A stretch of 63,531 nucleotides of DNA, filler included, from Octopus bimaculoides (Eukaryota): the NCBI RefSeq assembly GCF_001194135.2. It is 4 parts of 4 records of this genome, joined end to end, with 100 filler letters (N's around TTAATTAATTAA, not from the genome) between each part and the next. Parts side by side here need not be neighbours in the genome. Positions count along the whole stretch, not along the records: positions 31,772 to 49,026 come from NC_069006.1; positions 49,127 to 61,036 come from NC_068988.1; 2 more parts are not named here. The stretch is one strand, 5' to 3'. This document shows, piece by piece, positions 37,790-50,390 of this stretch. The notes under the pieces are model-generated. The model saw only the letters and a list, made by a program, of their open reading frames with translations. It did not search any database and was not told where the DNA came from. Within the stretch, counting starts at the first letter, position 1, and the number at the start of each line of letters is the position of its first letter. A program made the translations under genes and the position numbers.

Positions 37790-39060
37790 GACATTTGTTG
37801 TCCAACCTAGTTCAGTTTTGTTGTTTATATTTTTCCATAGTTTTTATGATGGCTGTTTGTGTTCTTGTTGTGAGAAGCCTCAGGTCAGATCTATTTGAGG
37901 GACCCTTACTATGGCAGCCAGTTTGATTGAACAAACCCACACACTAAAGATGGGATACCATCCCGTCTTTAGGGTGGGAGTGTTTTGAAGTTTCAACGTT
38001 CAAAACTTAAAACAATTGGTCACTCATTTTAAGAGGGTAAAGTAAAACAACTGGTTCTGCAATTTGAAAAGGATAGGGTACAATAAATGGTCCCTTATTT
38101 TAAGAGTGTAAGGGTCCTTGTTGCAGAGAATTTTTGGCTGAAACACTGTGCTCTAGGACAGACACATATAGTGTTCCTGTTTTAACCCTGCTTGGACCAA
38201 TCTCCCTCAGATCACCCCTAGTTCTATCAGAAACTCCTTATTTTCATCAAAATTTCATGTTCTGTCCCAAACACCAACTACATAATGACACAGTTATTTC
38301 ATTAAATTCTTCATCATTATCAAAATTAATTGAAACAAAAGCCATGTATTTCAACAGAAATATGGTAGCAAAAGAGTTAAAGGGATTTACATAAAAACCA
38401 TCCATCAAATTTAATTTATGTTCAAAATTTAATTTATGTTCAAAACACCAGCTTCATAATGATAAAGTTATTTTAGTAAATTCTTCAATATTTTCAATTG
38501 AAACAAGGCCACATGTTTCATCAGAAATATAGCAACAGACGACAGTTTTAGGATTTTTTCTTGGCTCCTATATTAAACAGGCTCACTTCAGTTTCTCATT
38601 GGCCCATTCCTTGGTGCTTTTAGGATAAGATTGTGGAGAAAGAAACCATTTTCGTTTTGTGCTTGATTAAATAATTTTTCTGTTTTCTTTCTTTTCTATT
38701 TACACCACCAATCCTTGCCACTGCTGCTCTGCTGCCAACACCATGGTTGCTGTGAACACCAATCTTTATGCTGCTGCTGTTGTTGTTGTTGTTGTTGTTG
38801 TTGTTGCCATCACTGACAGTCTTGGAAAGTGTTAAGAATGAGAGTAGCAATGAGGTTAGTTGAAAATCTGTTTCTATCTAAGACAGAGAACACCTAGACA
38901 CATTCACTCACATGCACGGACACACATGCACCCTTACATACTAACTGGTTTACTTTATGCACGTGCACTCTGAAACACACACATTTATATCTACATCGTT
39001 ATCATCATCATTTTAATATTTTAACCTTTTACAGAGAGGGAGCACTAAGCACTGATAAGT

Positions 39061-39603
39061 AAAATTGTGATGTTATCTGCCTGAATATGCTTGAGGTACG
39101 TTTGAATTGGTGAACAAGCTACTCACTGTGTTTTGTCATGGAAAATATATCACATTTGTTGACAAATGGTGTGTATACACCTAGATCAGCTCACAGTGCC
39201 CCTTACCCAAACGGTGGGATACTTGCATTTTGGAGTAGTTATCTCCTCTTTGGTGACAGACACCAGGCAGGTGGCACTACGAGCTGATTGAAGAGACTGA
39301 CTCTCTTATGCTTTTCCAGTTACCATACAGTGACTGGTAGTGCTATACAGCGGCTCACAGTAGGTAAATTACAGAGGGGGAACGCTAAGCAGTGATAAGC
39401 AAAATTATGGTGAGCTGCCATATAGTGCTACAGTGACTGGGAAAGCATAAGAGAGTCAATCTTTTCAATCAGCTTATAATGCAGCCTGCCTAGTGTCTGC
39501 CACTGAAGAGGAGATAATTACTCTGAAATGCTAGCATCTCACAGTCTAGGTAGGTGACACTGCGAGCTGATCTAAGTGTGTGTGTATATATATATATATA
39601 TAC

Positions 39604-39646
<43 letters not shown>

Positions 39647-40254
39647 NNNNNNNNNNNNNNNNNNNNNNNNNNNNNNNNNNNNNNNNNNNNNNNNNNNNNN
39701 NNNNNNNNNNNNNNNNNNNNNNNNNNNNNNNNNNNNNNNNNNNNNNNNNNNNNNNNNNNNNNNNNNNNNNNNNNNNNNNNNNNNNNNNNNNNNNNNNNNN
39801 NNNNNNNNNNNNNNNNNNNNNNNNNNNNNNNNNNNNNNNNNNNNNNNNNNNNNNNNNNNNNNNNNNNNNNNNNNNNNNNNNNNNNNNNNNNNNNNNNNNN
39901 NNNNNNNNNNNNNNNNNNNNNNNNNNNNNNNNNNNNNNNNNNNNNNNNNNNNNNNNNNNNNNNNNNNNNNNNNNNNNNNNNNNNNNNNNNNNNNNNNNNN
40001 NNNNNNNNNNNNNNNNNNNNNNNNNNNNNNNNNNNNNNNNNNNNNNNNNNNNNNNNNNNNNNNNNNNNNNNNNNNNNNNNNNNNNNNNNNNNNNNNNNNN
40101 NNNNNNNNNNNNNNNNNNNNNNNNNNNNNNNNNNTATATACGCACGCCATTTATCAACAAACGAGATACACTTTCCATGACAAAATGCAGTGAAGAGCTT
40201 GTTCCCCAGTTCAAATGTACCTCAAGCATATTCGGACTGATAACATCACAATTT
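39061..40254. mobile_element. Foldback element / long imperfect inverted repeat
   Basis: 39173-39325 is antiparallel to 39432-39585, and 39061-39178 to 40135-40254. The right arm is interrupted by (TA)n and a gap. Confidence 0.75.
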
Positions 40255-40594
40255 AACCTTTTATTATTTAAACCAACCGAATCGAACGCAAATGGTTTTG
40301 CTGATGGCAAGGCAACCTCACTAGTGCTTGTGCAAGAAAATTGAGCCTAGTACATTCTGTGTAAAATGGTTGGTGATAGGAAGGGCATCCAGCTGTAACT
40401 GCCATGCCAAAAGGAGATATTGGAGCAATATTTGGTCCTCCTACTGGTTGGGTCCTGTCTAACCATCTTAGGGATGCCAGGAATGAAACTTGCTATATGA
40501 TGATGGTGATGATATATCTACATCCATACACAGAAGCAATCAATTTAATATTACACAATATACACACACATACATACACACATATATATAAGGC

Positions 40595-40805
40595 AATGAG
40601 CTAGCAGAACTGCTGGTCTGCTGGACCAAATACTTCGTGGCATTTCGTCCATCTTAACATTCTGTGCTTTAATTCAGTCACGGTCAATTTTACCTTTTGT
40701 CATTTCAGGGTTAATAAAATAAGTACTTGTTGAACATTAGCGTTGATCTAAACAAGTTACCCCTCCCCTAAAATTGTCGGATTTGTGCCAAGATCTGAAA
40801 CCAAT
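40595..40805 (+). mobile_element. Decayed SINE family A copy
   Basis: AAGGCAATGAGCTAGCAGAA...CATTTCAGGGTTAATAAAATAAGTAC...TTTGTGCCAAGATCTGAAACC. Confidence 0.65.
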
Positions 40806-41063
40806 GTTGTATATAAGAGGGGAGGGGCTGAAAAGTTCCTGGCTTTGGGTAAAAGAAAATACAGGAGGATCATTTAATTATGAATTTATTCGATATATTT
40901 CCCTCTCAGATTCACACACTTATTGCAGCAGTCCTTCAGTTCTTCTAAAAGATTGCTTTAAGATATATGACGTATTTTATAAATATGCCTACTCAAGTAT
41001 CATAACAGCATGAAACTATTTGTAGCTCTTTCGGTTGTGTATATAATTTGAGATATATATATA

Positions 41064-41265
41064 TGGTGGGTGCTGGAAAGTTCCTGGCTTTGGGTAAAAG
41101 AAAATATGAGAGGATCAGTTAATTATGATTTTATTGAACATATTCCCCTGCTTATTGCAGCAGTCCTTCAGTTTTTCAAAGCCCTAAAAAGAACTTGGAA
41201 GATTGAGCCTCCAACTAGACCTCTCTAGATACCTTTAAAGCCAGGAACTTTCCAGCATCCCCTCA
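41064..41265. mobile_element. mariner-type MITE (with a one-ended sister copy at about 40816-40950)
   Basis: TIRs TGGTGGGTGCTGGAAAGTTCCTGGCTTT and AAAGCCAGGAACTTTCCAGCATCCCCTCA, with TA on both sides. Confidence 0.8.
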
Positions 41266-41277
41266 TATATGTGTATA

Positions 41278-41322
<45 letters not shown>

Positions 41323-41479
41323 CTATGATATATATATATAATTCTATGATATATATATATATAATTCTATGATATATATATATATAATTCTATAATATAT
41401 ATATATATATCTATAAATATATATATATATACACACACATATACACACACACACATATCTCCATTCTCATAACCATAAT

Positions 41480-41770
41480 CAAAATTTAATACAGGTACAA
41501 TATTGATTTTCTGGATCTATTGGCTGGTTCCAAAGCCTTTCCATATTACCAATTCTTCCAAACCATACCCAACCCAAATATTCTACCAGGTTTATGTTTA
41601 TACTGACCAGATTCAGCTTCTCACACCTACCCTACAGTGTCATTCTGAAAATAAAAAAAAACAATCACATCATTGAAATCTCAAAGCTACAAGATAATGT
41701 GTGATTCATTCAAAACGATGTGGATAATTAAGGATTACATTTGACAGAGTAATCTGATGCTAAAGGGTTA
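41480..41770. mobile_element. Possible piggyBac-like non-autonomous element end
   Basis: Ends ...GATGCTAAAGGG-TTAA. A similar TTAA-CCCT...AGAG-TTAA bounded segment lies at about 38182-38380. Confidence 0.35.
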
Positions 41771-41956
41771 AACAAATATTAAATTTTGTTAATTAATTAA
41801 GAGGTGTTTCTACATAATGCAAATTAGTCTGGATTACAGGAGGTTCTGGACCATAAGAGTCCTGAAAGTTTGTGTTGTACCTGTGTTAAGATGGAAGTAG
41901 ATATGACAAGGTAATAATTCCTCATACTTATACTGAAACAGGGACAGGGTCGAGAT

Positions 41957-42161
41957 CAGTGTTTCTCAACCGGGGTTCCCTGGAACCCTAGGGTTCTGAA
42001 AAAGATTCCTAGGGTTTCCACGAGAAAGTGTGAGATAAGCTGATGCTAATTTCATGACCGTAATATTACTATACATGCACACCATATTATTGGTTGTTAT
42101 AATATTATAGTATAGACATCATACTATCAAACCTATTATGTTACCCCAAAAAATATATCAA

Positions 42162-42218
<57 letters not shown>

Positions 42219-42223
42219 ACCAC

Positions 42224-42254
<31 letters not shown>

Positions 42255-42446
42255 ACTGCACATACATATATATATATATACACACATAACCATACACACA
42301 CACACACATATATATATATATGGTATTTACTATGTGAACTATGATGGAAAAAATATGAGAAAGATATGGTATGTAGTTTTTTTGTGCAGGGGTTCCTTGA
42401 GAGATGTAATTTATTTTAAGGGTTACGCAAGGGTTGAGAAACACTG
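41957..42446. mobile_element. hAT (Charlie/Buster-like) MITE with internal CA/TA expansions
   Basis: 15-bp TIR CAGTGTTTCTCAACC / GGTTGAGAAACACTG. The right flank GCCTAGGC has a central TA; the left flank is degenerate. Confidence 0.75.
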
Positions 42447-43152
42447 GCCTAGGCCAAAGATTTGCAGGGATCTCACCATAGCCATATTGCAATTGCATAC
42501 ACATTCACAGTCATAATCATGGACGCGCACACACTCACGCGCACACACTCTCACACGCACACACACTCTCGGAGACATACATTCACAGACATACACATGC
42601 TAATACATGCATATTACATACATACATTCATACACATTGATACATACGCTCTCTTGCATATTCATGTACACAATCTAACACACACATGCACACACACTCT
42701 TTCTCTCTCATATTCACACACATGCACGCACACACACACACAAACATGCTAACACACATATGCACATACATACACACACACACACTCTCACAGGTGCGTG
42801 AATACACACTCTCTCTCACATATTTGCACACACTAATGCTAACATGCACATACGCTCACAAGTGCACACACACTCTCACAGTCACTCACACACACACACA
42901 CAATAGCACACACTCTCTCTCTCTCTCTCTCTCTCATATTCGCACACACACTCACAGGTGCACACACACTCTCTCACAGTCACACACATACACACACACA
43001 CACACTAGCACACACATCCTTTTCAGAACACACATACAAAGCTAGAAATCCTTCTCCATCCTTGTCATGATTTTAACCATTCCGTTCCATTGCCATGAAA
43101 AAAAAAATCCTAAAAAATGCACAATTGTTCATCTTCAATTCTCGTTACCAAG

Positions 43153-43185
43153 GAGACAAGCCCTGCCCAGACGCCATCAACAGAG
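43153..43185 (+). CDS. Candidate 33-nt aPKC hinge microexon (phase 1/1)
   Basis: atcttcaattctcgttaccaag/GAGACAAGCCCTGCCCAGACGCCATCAACAGAG/gtattc. It is a GC-richer unique island, open in the frame left by the 36418-36493 exon: (G)DKPCPDAINR. No homology support. Confidence 0.3.
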
Positions 43186-43684
43186 GTATTCTCTTATTTT
43201 ATTTATTGCTTTGTCTGCTGCTGTTGATGATGATGATGGTGATGCCTGTAACTTACATGTCTGGATTGTGCTGATCCTTAGTTTTTTATAGTTATTATTA
43301 CTATTTTTTGTCCTGCATTAATATCCTAATGTGCTTAGTACCCCTGATTCTAATGCATTTTACTTGTTGCATATATATATATATTAGCGCATGCGTGTGT
43401 GTGTGTGTATGTGAGGGTTAATGAAGCTACCAGTGGTTTGATGTACGGAGATATTTCAGTGGTTATGAAGCTTGCTACGGGGGGAACATTAGTACTCTTC
43501 TCCATCCTGGATGAGAACACCAAGATGGAAACAAGGACCAATGTTTCTCCATGTAGCAGACTTGATAATTGTTAAGATATCTCTCAGCATGAAACTATTA
43601 GTAGCCTCCTTAACCTACAAACAAAGGATATTTATCCTACCAATGCAGTGTTAAGCACTTGCTCTCACTGTTCAATATTAGTGC

Positions 43685-43728
<44 letters not shown>

Positions 43729-44307
43729 NNNNNNNNNNTTACCTATTTCATTTGCGAAATTGCCTGAGCTTCAAAATTTCTTTCTTATATCGTATATTTT
43801 CAAAAATTATTTTTAGTTATTTTATTGTTTTGTTTTTAGTTAGGTTTTTATAACTCTCTCTCCCCTTCTCTCTCTCTCTCTCTCTCTCTTTTTGCTGCCA
43901 TCTGAATGTTTAGCTTTGTATTGGAAATGGTCACCAGTCTGGTATTGGTTGGCTAAATGACAATGTCCTTCTTACTATTTGTTTCGCTCACTTTCTCTGT
44001 TACGTCCAATCCATCCATGTCAACATGGAAGATGGACATTAAAGGATTATGATGATTTCTTTGTCTCATGTCAACATCCAGAGATAACGTTTGCTTGATG
44101 TATGCATCACTGGACTTCCTCACCATTATTAACATCATCATTTAATACCCTCTTTTCCATGCTCGGATGGGTCGGGTGGAATATGTGGAGGTTGATTTTC
44201 TAAGGCTGGATGCCCCTCCTATCATCACCCCCTCACCTTATTTGCAAAGGTAACGTTTCCCTATAGCTAGACACATTTTTTTAATCCTATGGAAATTGTA
44301 AACAAAT

Positions 44308-44558
44308 GGATACAGGAGTGACTGTGTGGTAAGTAGCTTGCTATTCAACCACATGGTTCTAGGTTCAGTCCTACTGCATGGCACCTAACCCTAATCCTAA
44401 CCATCTTCTACTATAGCCTCAGGCCGACCAAAGCCTTGTGAGTGGATTTGGTAGATGAAAACTGATAGAAGCTCATCGTATATCAATCTATCTATCTATC
44501 TATCTNNNNNNNNNNGCTCATCGTATATCAATCTATCTATCTATCTATCTCTGTGTAT

Positions 44559-44590
<32 letters not shown>

Positions 44591-44800
44591 GTCTATATGT
44601 CTGTCTTTGTCCCCGCCACCATTAATTGACAACCGATGTTGGTGCGTTTACGTCCCTGTAACTTAGCGGTTCGGCAAAAGAGACTGATAGAATAAATACT
44701 CGGCTTACAAAGAATAAGTCCTGGGGGTGATTTGTTTGACTAAAAGGCGGTGCTCCAGCATGGCTGCAGTCAAATGACTGAAACAAGTAAAAGAATAAAT
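44308..44800 (+). mobile_element. Full-length SINE family B copy (tRNA head, CORE-like body, internal microsatellite)
   Basis: GTGTGGTAAG...AACCACATGGTTCTAGGTTCAGTCC...GACAACCGATGTTGG...GTGCTCCAGCATGGCTGCAGTCAAATGACTGAAACAAGTAAAAGAATAA. Confidence 0.85.
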
Positions 44801-44871
44801 GACATACTGCTTGTATGAAGGTGATGCTTGTTTACAACCTTCATGCGATGTCAAGATTAGGGTTCATACAC

Positions 44872-45185
44872 AGTAACACTCCATCAGTAATGACAACAAG
44901 GGTTCCTGGTGATCCAACCAACGGAACAGCTGTCTCATAAAATTAATGTACAGGTGGCTGAGTACTCCACAGGCATGCATACACTTAATGTAGTTCTGAG
45001 GGAGATTCAGCGTGACACAGAATGTGACAAGGTTGGTCCCTTTGAATTACAGGTACAACTCATTGTTTGCCAGCTGAGGGGACTTAAGCAACGTGAAATA
45101 AAGTGTCTTGCTCAAGGACACAATGCATTGCTGGGAATTGAACTCGCGACCTTATGAGCATGTGCTGAATACCCCTAAACACTAA
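44872..45185 (-). mobile_element. CORE-like SINE family C copy (CpG-decayed)
   Basis: Reverse complement head ...GAGTTCAATTCCCAGC...TGTGTCCTTGAGCAAGACACTTTA. Same family as 50391-50804. Confidence 0.8.
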
Positions 45186-45328
45186 GTCATGGACCTTCAC
45201 CAGGGAATATTTACTTTGCATCAGAGCAGTTAAGATTTGGCAACTGGAAGTGAATCTGGCCATAGTAAATCTACCTTGGCCATTTTTGTCTTACCCATAC
45301 CAGCATCAAATGGTAGACCTCAAAGCTC

Positions 45329-45359
<31 letters not shown>

Positions 45360-45630
45360 CAGAAGGGAAGGAATGGTGTTTTTTCTCTAGAACTGCATTA
45401 ATTGTTGCTTAGTTCCATGTGTTTTGATTCAGCAGACCTATAAAATGGGTTCCAATCATGCCCATTCCATCTTTTATTCAGATATTCTATGTTCAAGACT
45501 ACATTTACTTCTTGTCCAATGCATCCCATTTTTTTTTCTTTTCCTTTTTTTTTGCTTTTTCGAAGATAGCAACGCATGATTTGAAGGACATTTGGCAGTT
45601 GTTTCTAGCAGACTGAGCAGCCATATAGAG

Positions 45631-45827
45631 CAGTGGTTCTCAACCCCTTTCAATATCCAAGCCAGATCCCAAACCTGTTTTTTTTTTTAAGGGGTCACAC
45701 CAAAATAACGTAGGACACAAGACAATTAAAGAATTTATTACATTTATGGAATAAAGTTCATTGAGGGCCACCATGAAGATGCTTGAGGGCCGCATTCAAC
45801 CCTTGGCGCTGCGGTTAAGAACCACTG
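45631..45827. mobile_element. hAT MITE with an 8-bp TSD
   Basis: TIR CAGTGGTTCTCAACC / GGTTAAGAACCACTG; flanks ATATAGAG and ATCTAGAG (7/8 match). Confidence 0.85.
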
Positions 45828-46070
45828 ATCTAGAGACTGCTCTGTTAGCATGTAGTGGTGTGGCAGATGCATGACTGAAATTTTCATAGACATGTCTGAT
45901 TGCTTGAAGACGTCTGAACATGTCTCCATATACAGGTTGTCAATGAAACCAACGGATCTATGATTCTTTATTTTCCTCTTTCTTTTTCTGTCCCTCCCTT
46001 CCACCTTCACTCCTCTCCTTCCCTCCCTGCCACTCTACTTCTCCTCTTGCCCTCCCACTCTTGCCAGAAA

Positions 46071-46613
46071 AAAACCGCAAATTACTTTTGGGTTGCAGTT
46101 GTACTTTTTTCATCCTTGCATCTTATTGGGTTAGTGCATAATTATTGCGGTTTTTTTTTCAACAAATTTTATTCAACGAAAATAATAACAACATGTAACA
46201 AAAACATCTTTAAATGATTATTCCGGAGCATATTCACCTTCTACCTCAATTGCTGTTTCCCAATTGCCTGGCAGATGATCAGACCATCATTTAAAGACGT
46301 TTTTGTTAAATATTGTTATTGTTTTTGCTAAATAAAATTTATTGAAAAAAAGCCGCAATAATTATGCACCAACCCAATAATTTTGGATTGCAGTTGTACT
46401 TTTTTCATCGTTGCATCTTATTGGGTTGGTGCATAATTATTGCGTTTTTTTTCAACAAATTTTATTCAACAAAAACAATAACAACATGTAACAAAAACAT
46501 CTTTAAATTATTATTCCAGAGCAGATTTCCCATCTACTTCGATTACTGCTTCCCATTTGCACCGACCCAATATTTTTGGATTGCAGTTGTACTTTTTCCG
46601 TCATTGCATGTTA
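46071..46613. mobile_element. Tandem mariner-type MITE units separated by a repeated ~40-bp spacer
   Basis: MITE1 46126-46377 (TA-TTGGGTT(A/G)GTGCATAATTATTGCGG...CCGCAATAATTATGCACCAACCCAA-TA) and MITE2 46421-46570. The spacer TTTTGGATTGCAGTTGTACTTTTT...TTGCAT occurs three times. Confidence 0.8.
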
Positions 46614-46614
46614 C

Positions 46615-46822
46615 AAGGCAGCAAACTGGCAGACTCGTTAGCATTTCAGACAGAATGCTCAGCGGCATTTTCGTTTGGCTTTTTTATATTCCGAGTTCAA
46701 ATTCCAGCTAAGGTTGATTTTGCCTTTCATTCTTTCTGGGCATTGATAAAATACCAGTTAAGTACTGGGGCTGCTGTAATTAGCTAACGCTCTCTGCTGG
46801 CCTTGTCCAAGACTCAGAAGAA
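46615..46822 (+). mobile_element. SINE family A copy
   Basis: AAGGCAGCAAACTGGCAGACTCGTTAGC...GAGTTCAAATTCCAGCTAAGGTTGATTTTGCCTTTCATTC. Confidence 0.75.
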
Positions 46823-46838
46823 TTTTGCATGATAATTC

Positions 46839-46879
<41 letters not shown>

Positions 46880-46882
<3 letters not shown>

Positions 46883-47150
46883 CAAAAAAACAATAACAAA
46901 AAAACAACAAAGTGAGGACGTGATATGGATAGTATTATTGGACGCTCAGGAAAGGAAAGAGAGAGTGTATGACGTTTCGGGCGTAGCCCTTCGTTGGAAA
47001 GATGGAAAGTTCGGAGAATGGAAAAACGGAGAAAGAGGAAAATGGTACCGATGCCCACGAGGTTACATTATGAAAAGACCGGAAGAGGAGGTGGTGGGGG
47101 AAAAGTTCTTTCTAAGACAGGAGAGTGAAAAAGGGAGATGAATATCTGTG
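46880..47150 (-). mobile_element. Penelope-like pLTR remnant with a degenerate hammerhead motif (46965-47000)
   Basis: Reverse complement CCAACGA-A-GGGC TAC GCCC-GAAAC-GTC. Stem II, GAAAC and GUC are kept, but the CUGA core is mutated. Confidence 0.5.
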
Positions 47151-47189
47151 CGTGTGCGGAAGTCTGCGAGTGTGTGTGTGCGTATGTAT

Positions 47190-47220
<31 letters not shown>

Positions 47221-47256
47221 CATGGTTTGATATATATATATATATATATACACAGA

Positions 47257-47490
47257 AAATTAAATAGAGAAATACAATTGACAATCTAACAATTTATTTA
47301 TGTTGTAATATAAATATAATATAAATATAATATAATATAAGACAACATAAAAAATTATTAAAAAACTAAAAAAGCCAACAATTTTTTGTTTAATAATTTT
47401 TTTATGTTGTCTTATATTATGTTTATATTATATTTATATTATAAAATATATAAATTGTTAGATTGTCAATTATATTTCTCTATTTAATTT
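47257..47490. repeat. AT-rich ~234-bp near-perfect palindrome
   Basis: Left arm AAATTAAATAGAGAAATACAATTGACAATCTAACAATTT...TAAGACAACATAAAAAATTATTAAA is mirrored by TTTAATAATTTTTTTATGTTGTCTTA...AAATTGTTAGATTGTCAATTATATTTCTCTATTTAATTT. Confidence 0.85.
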
Positions 47491-48382
47491 ATTGTTTGTA
47501 TTTTGCATTTATACCCCTATTTCTGTGGTATTCAACTGACGTACCGGTGAATTGGATGTTTTACCCCGTTGAAGAAATTTTTTTCTTCGTTTGTTACATT
47601 ATGTATATATATATATATATATATATATGCGAGTAAAAATAAATACAAAAAAAGGGGTTTTGTATGATTGTGTATAGAGGAATATATTATTTTGTTTAAA
47701 AGAGTTCCAACACTGTCTGTTTTTTATGTTTTATTTATATTCCTGCAAAACCAATGTGGGATATAGAATATGGAATATACAATATATAATATAATATACA
47801 ATATATAATATAAAATAAAAATGGATGTCTTATTGAATATATGGAATATGTCTTATTGAATAGATGAAAAATGTAAATATTGATGTCGTTAATATTAATT
47901 GCCATTATTATTATCATTACTATAATTATTGTTATTGTACATAATAGAAGAGATTATTATAATTATCATCATCACTTATATTCACCCCCAGCACTGTACG
48001 TCAAGGTATATCCTGATTGTCTCCATCACCATCTCTCTCTCCTCCCCTCTCTCTTTCTGCCCGTCTCTATTCCTTTCTCTAAGTCCCTTTCTTTTCCAAC
48101 TGGGGGTACTTTTGTAGCTCTTCCACAGCAAGACCCCTATCTCCATCCCCCTACTATTATTTTTAACCTCTCATCACCTAGCACAAAGCTACCTCCCTTA
48201 ATACTACTCCTTCCCCAGCTGAGGGAGCTTCACCTTGCAAATTGCTCAGCGACCTCATTGGTGCTGGTGCCATGCAAAAAAAAGCACCCAGTACACTCTG
48301 AAAAAGTGGTTGTTGTTATGAAGGGCATCCAGCTGTAGAATCCACAATTCCTAGGTTTTGTTGCAGATTTAATTACTCTAGT

Positions 48383-48619
48383 ATTCTTTTATTTATTTCA
48401 AGTCATTTGACTGTGGCCATGCTGGAGCACCAACTTTAGTCAAGCGAATCGACCCCAGGATTTATTCTTTGTAAGCCTAGTACTTATTCTATCGGCATCT
48501 TTTTGCCGAATCGCTAAATTATGGGGATGTAAACACGCCAGCATCGGTTGTCAAATGATGTTGGGGGACAAACACAAATACACAAACATATACACACATA
48601 CATACATACATACATACAT

Positions 48620-48651
<32 letters not shown>

Positions 48652-48820
48652 GTATACGACAGGCCTCTTTCAGTTTCTGTCTACCAAATCCACTCACAAG
48701 GCTTTGGTCTGCCCGAGGCATATAGTAAAAGACACTTGCCCAAGGTGCCATGCAATGGGACTGAACCCAGAACCGTGTGGTTGTTCAGCAAGGTACTTAC
48801 CACACAGCCACTCCTGCACC
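48383..48820 (-). mobile_element. Full-length SINE family B copy
   Basis: Reverse complement of 44308-44800. Confidence 0.85.
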
Positions 48821-49070
48821 AATATTAATTATTACACAATGTGACTGTGACTGACCAGACTATCAGATGTTGTTGCACATCACTGGTCACAATGTGCTTT
48901 GCATCATTTTAGCCATCGAATGACACCAGCCCACTTGACAGCGGTGTGTCTGTGAAAAGATTGTGGGAATTAAAAAATGTTGGGTCTTCGACAGTTTATG
49001 ACAAAGAAAAAAAAAAAAAAAAAAAANNNNNNNNNNNNNNNNNNNNNNNNNNNNNNNNNNNNNNNNNNNN

Positions 49071-49082
49071 TTAATTAATTAA
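49071..49082. other. Assembly linker TTAATTAATTAA
   Basis: 44 N on each side. Confidence 0.9.
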
Positions 49083-50390
49083 NNNNNNNNNNNNNNNNNN
49101 NNNNNNNNNNNNNNNNNNNNNNNNNNATATGAGTGTATCTTTGTGTCTGGATTTGTCCCCTCCCTCCATCGCTTGACGACTGATGTTGGTGTGTTTATGT
49201 CCCCGAAACCAAGCGGTTCGGCAAAGTGATCGATAGAATAAGTACTAGGCTAACAAAAGTAAGTCTTAGCGTCGATTTCTTCGACTAAAGATGGCGTTCT
49301 AGTATGGCCTCAGTCAAATGACTAGAACGTGTAAAAGAATAAAAGAATATATATGTATATATATATATAAACACATATACAAGACGGTTCGCACTTTTAC
49401 CACTCATCACACCCACAACTGTAAACTACGAGTATGTGGTGCTGGCGCCAATTCTCTCGTCACCTCCAACGCTCCCTGTCCAGTAGTCGTCAAGAGTGTT
49501 CAGATGCTCAAAGCTAAGAGATCACATGACAATGACATTGGGAATTACAAGATCGCTCTGTTATCTTGAGTCTGGCCGGACATGAAGTGTTCTGTTTTTA
49601 TCCCGTGCGAAAGCGGTTGGCTAAGTGTTTAGAGTATTGCGCTCGTGATCGAATGACTGTGGTTTCGATTCATGAACAAAGTGATAAGTTTAGTTGTTGA
49701 GCGAAACACTTCATTTCATGTTGCTCCACTCCACTCATCAAGTAAAAGTGAATAATCCTGCGACGGCCTGGCGTTCCGTCCAGACAGTTGTGTGTGAGTG
49801 AGTTGCCAACAAGTTAGAAAAAAGCACTCTTATAGAAATTTTGAACCGTTATACATTTATGTATGTGAGTAGTACATCTTTAGTATGCCAATAACCGGTC
49901 AGAAAGTTGCTATAGAGTTCCTGTCTCCTATTGCACTGAACAATATAGAAGACACACCAGGCATGCTGGCCGGAAGTACATAGCCTCTTTACTGATGGAG
50001 GTAAATATACAGTCATGATCAGTGGTTTCGGTGGGGGCAGGGTTCACCACCATGTCGGCCGAGATTGAATATTTATTTCTATCGGCAAAGAGGCTGTCTG
50101 CTTCTGGCCAGCATGTCTGATGAGACGACTATGTTGTTCAGTGCAGTAGTGGATGCGAATCCAGTGATAACTTTTTCAATGGCTATTGCCATAACCAAAG
50201 ATAAATTACCCGAACACACACACACACGCACGCTGTTTTAACATCACACCCTCATTCGGCGAGTTGTCCTTATATTTCGCTTGTTTTCCCTGATTCTTAG
50301 GAACTCCTGTCACGCGAACTCTCACCCAATCTCTTCTCTCAACGGAACACACACACACACACACACAAACAAACATACACACGCATACAT

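Noticed and set aside
44471-44549. Short direct duplication across a 10-N gap (also 50429-50563)
   Set aside because: This is the typical unmerged contig overlap at a small gap.
50117-50124. CTGATGAG as a hammerhead core
   Set aside because: There is no stem II followed by GAAA and no NUH/stem I partner. The surrounding sequence looks like a LINE remnant.
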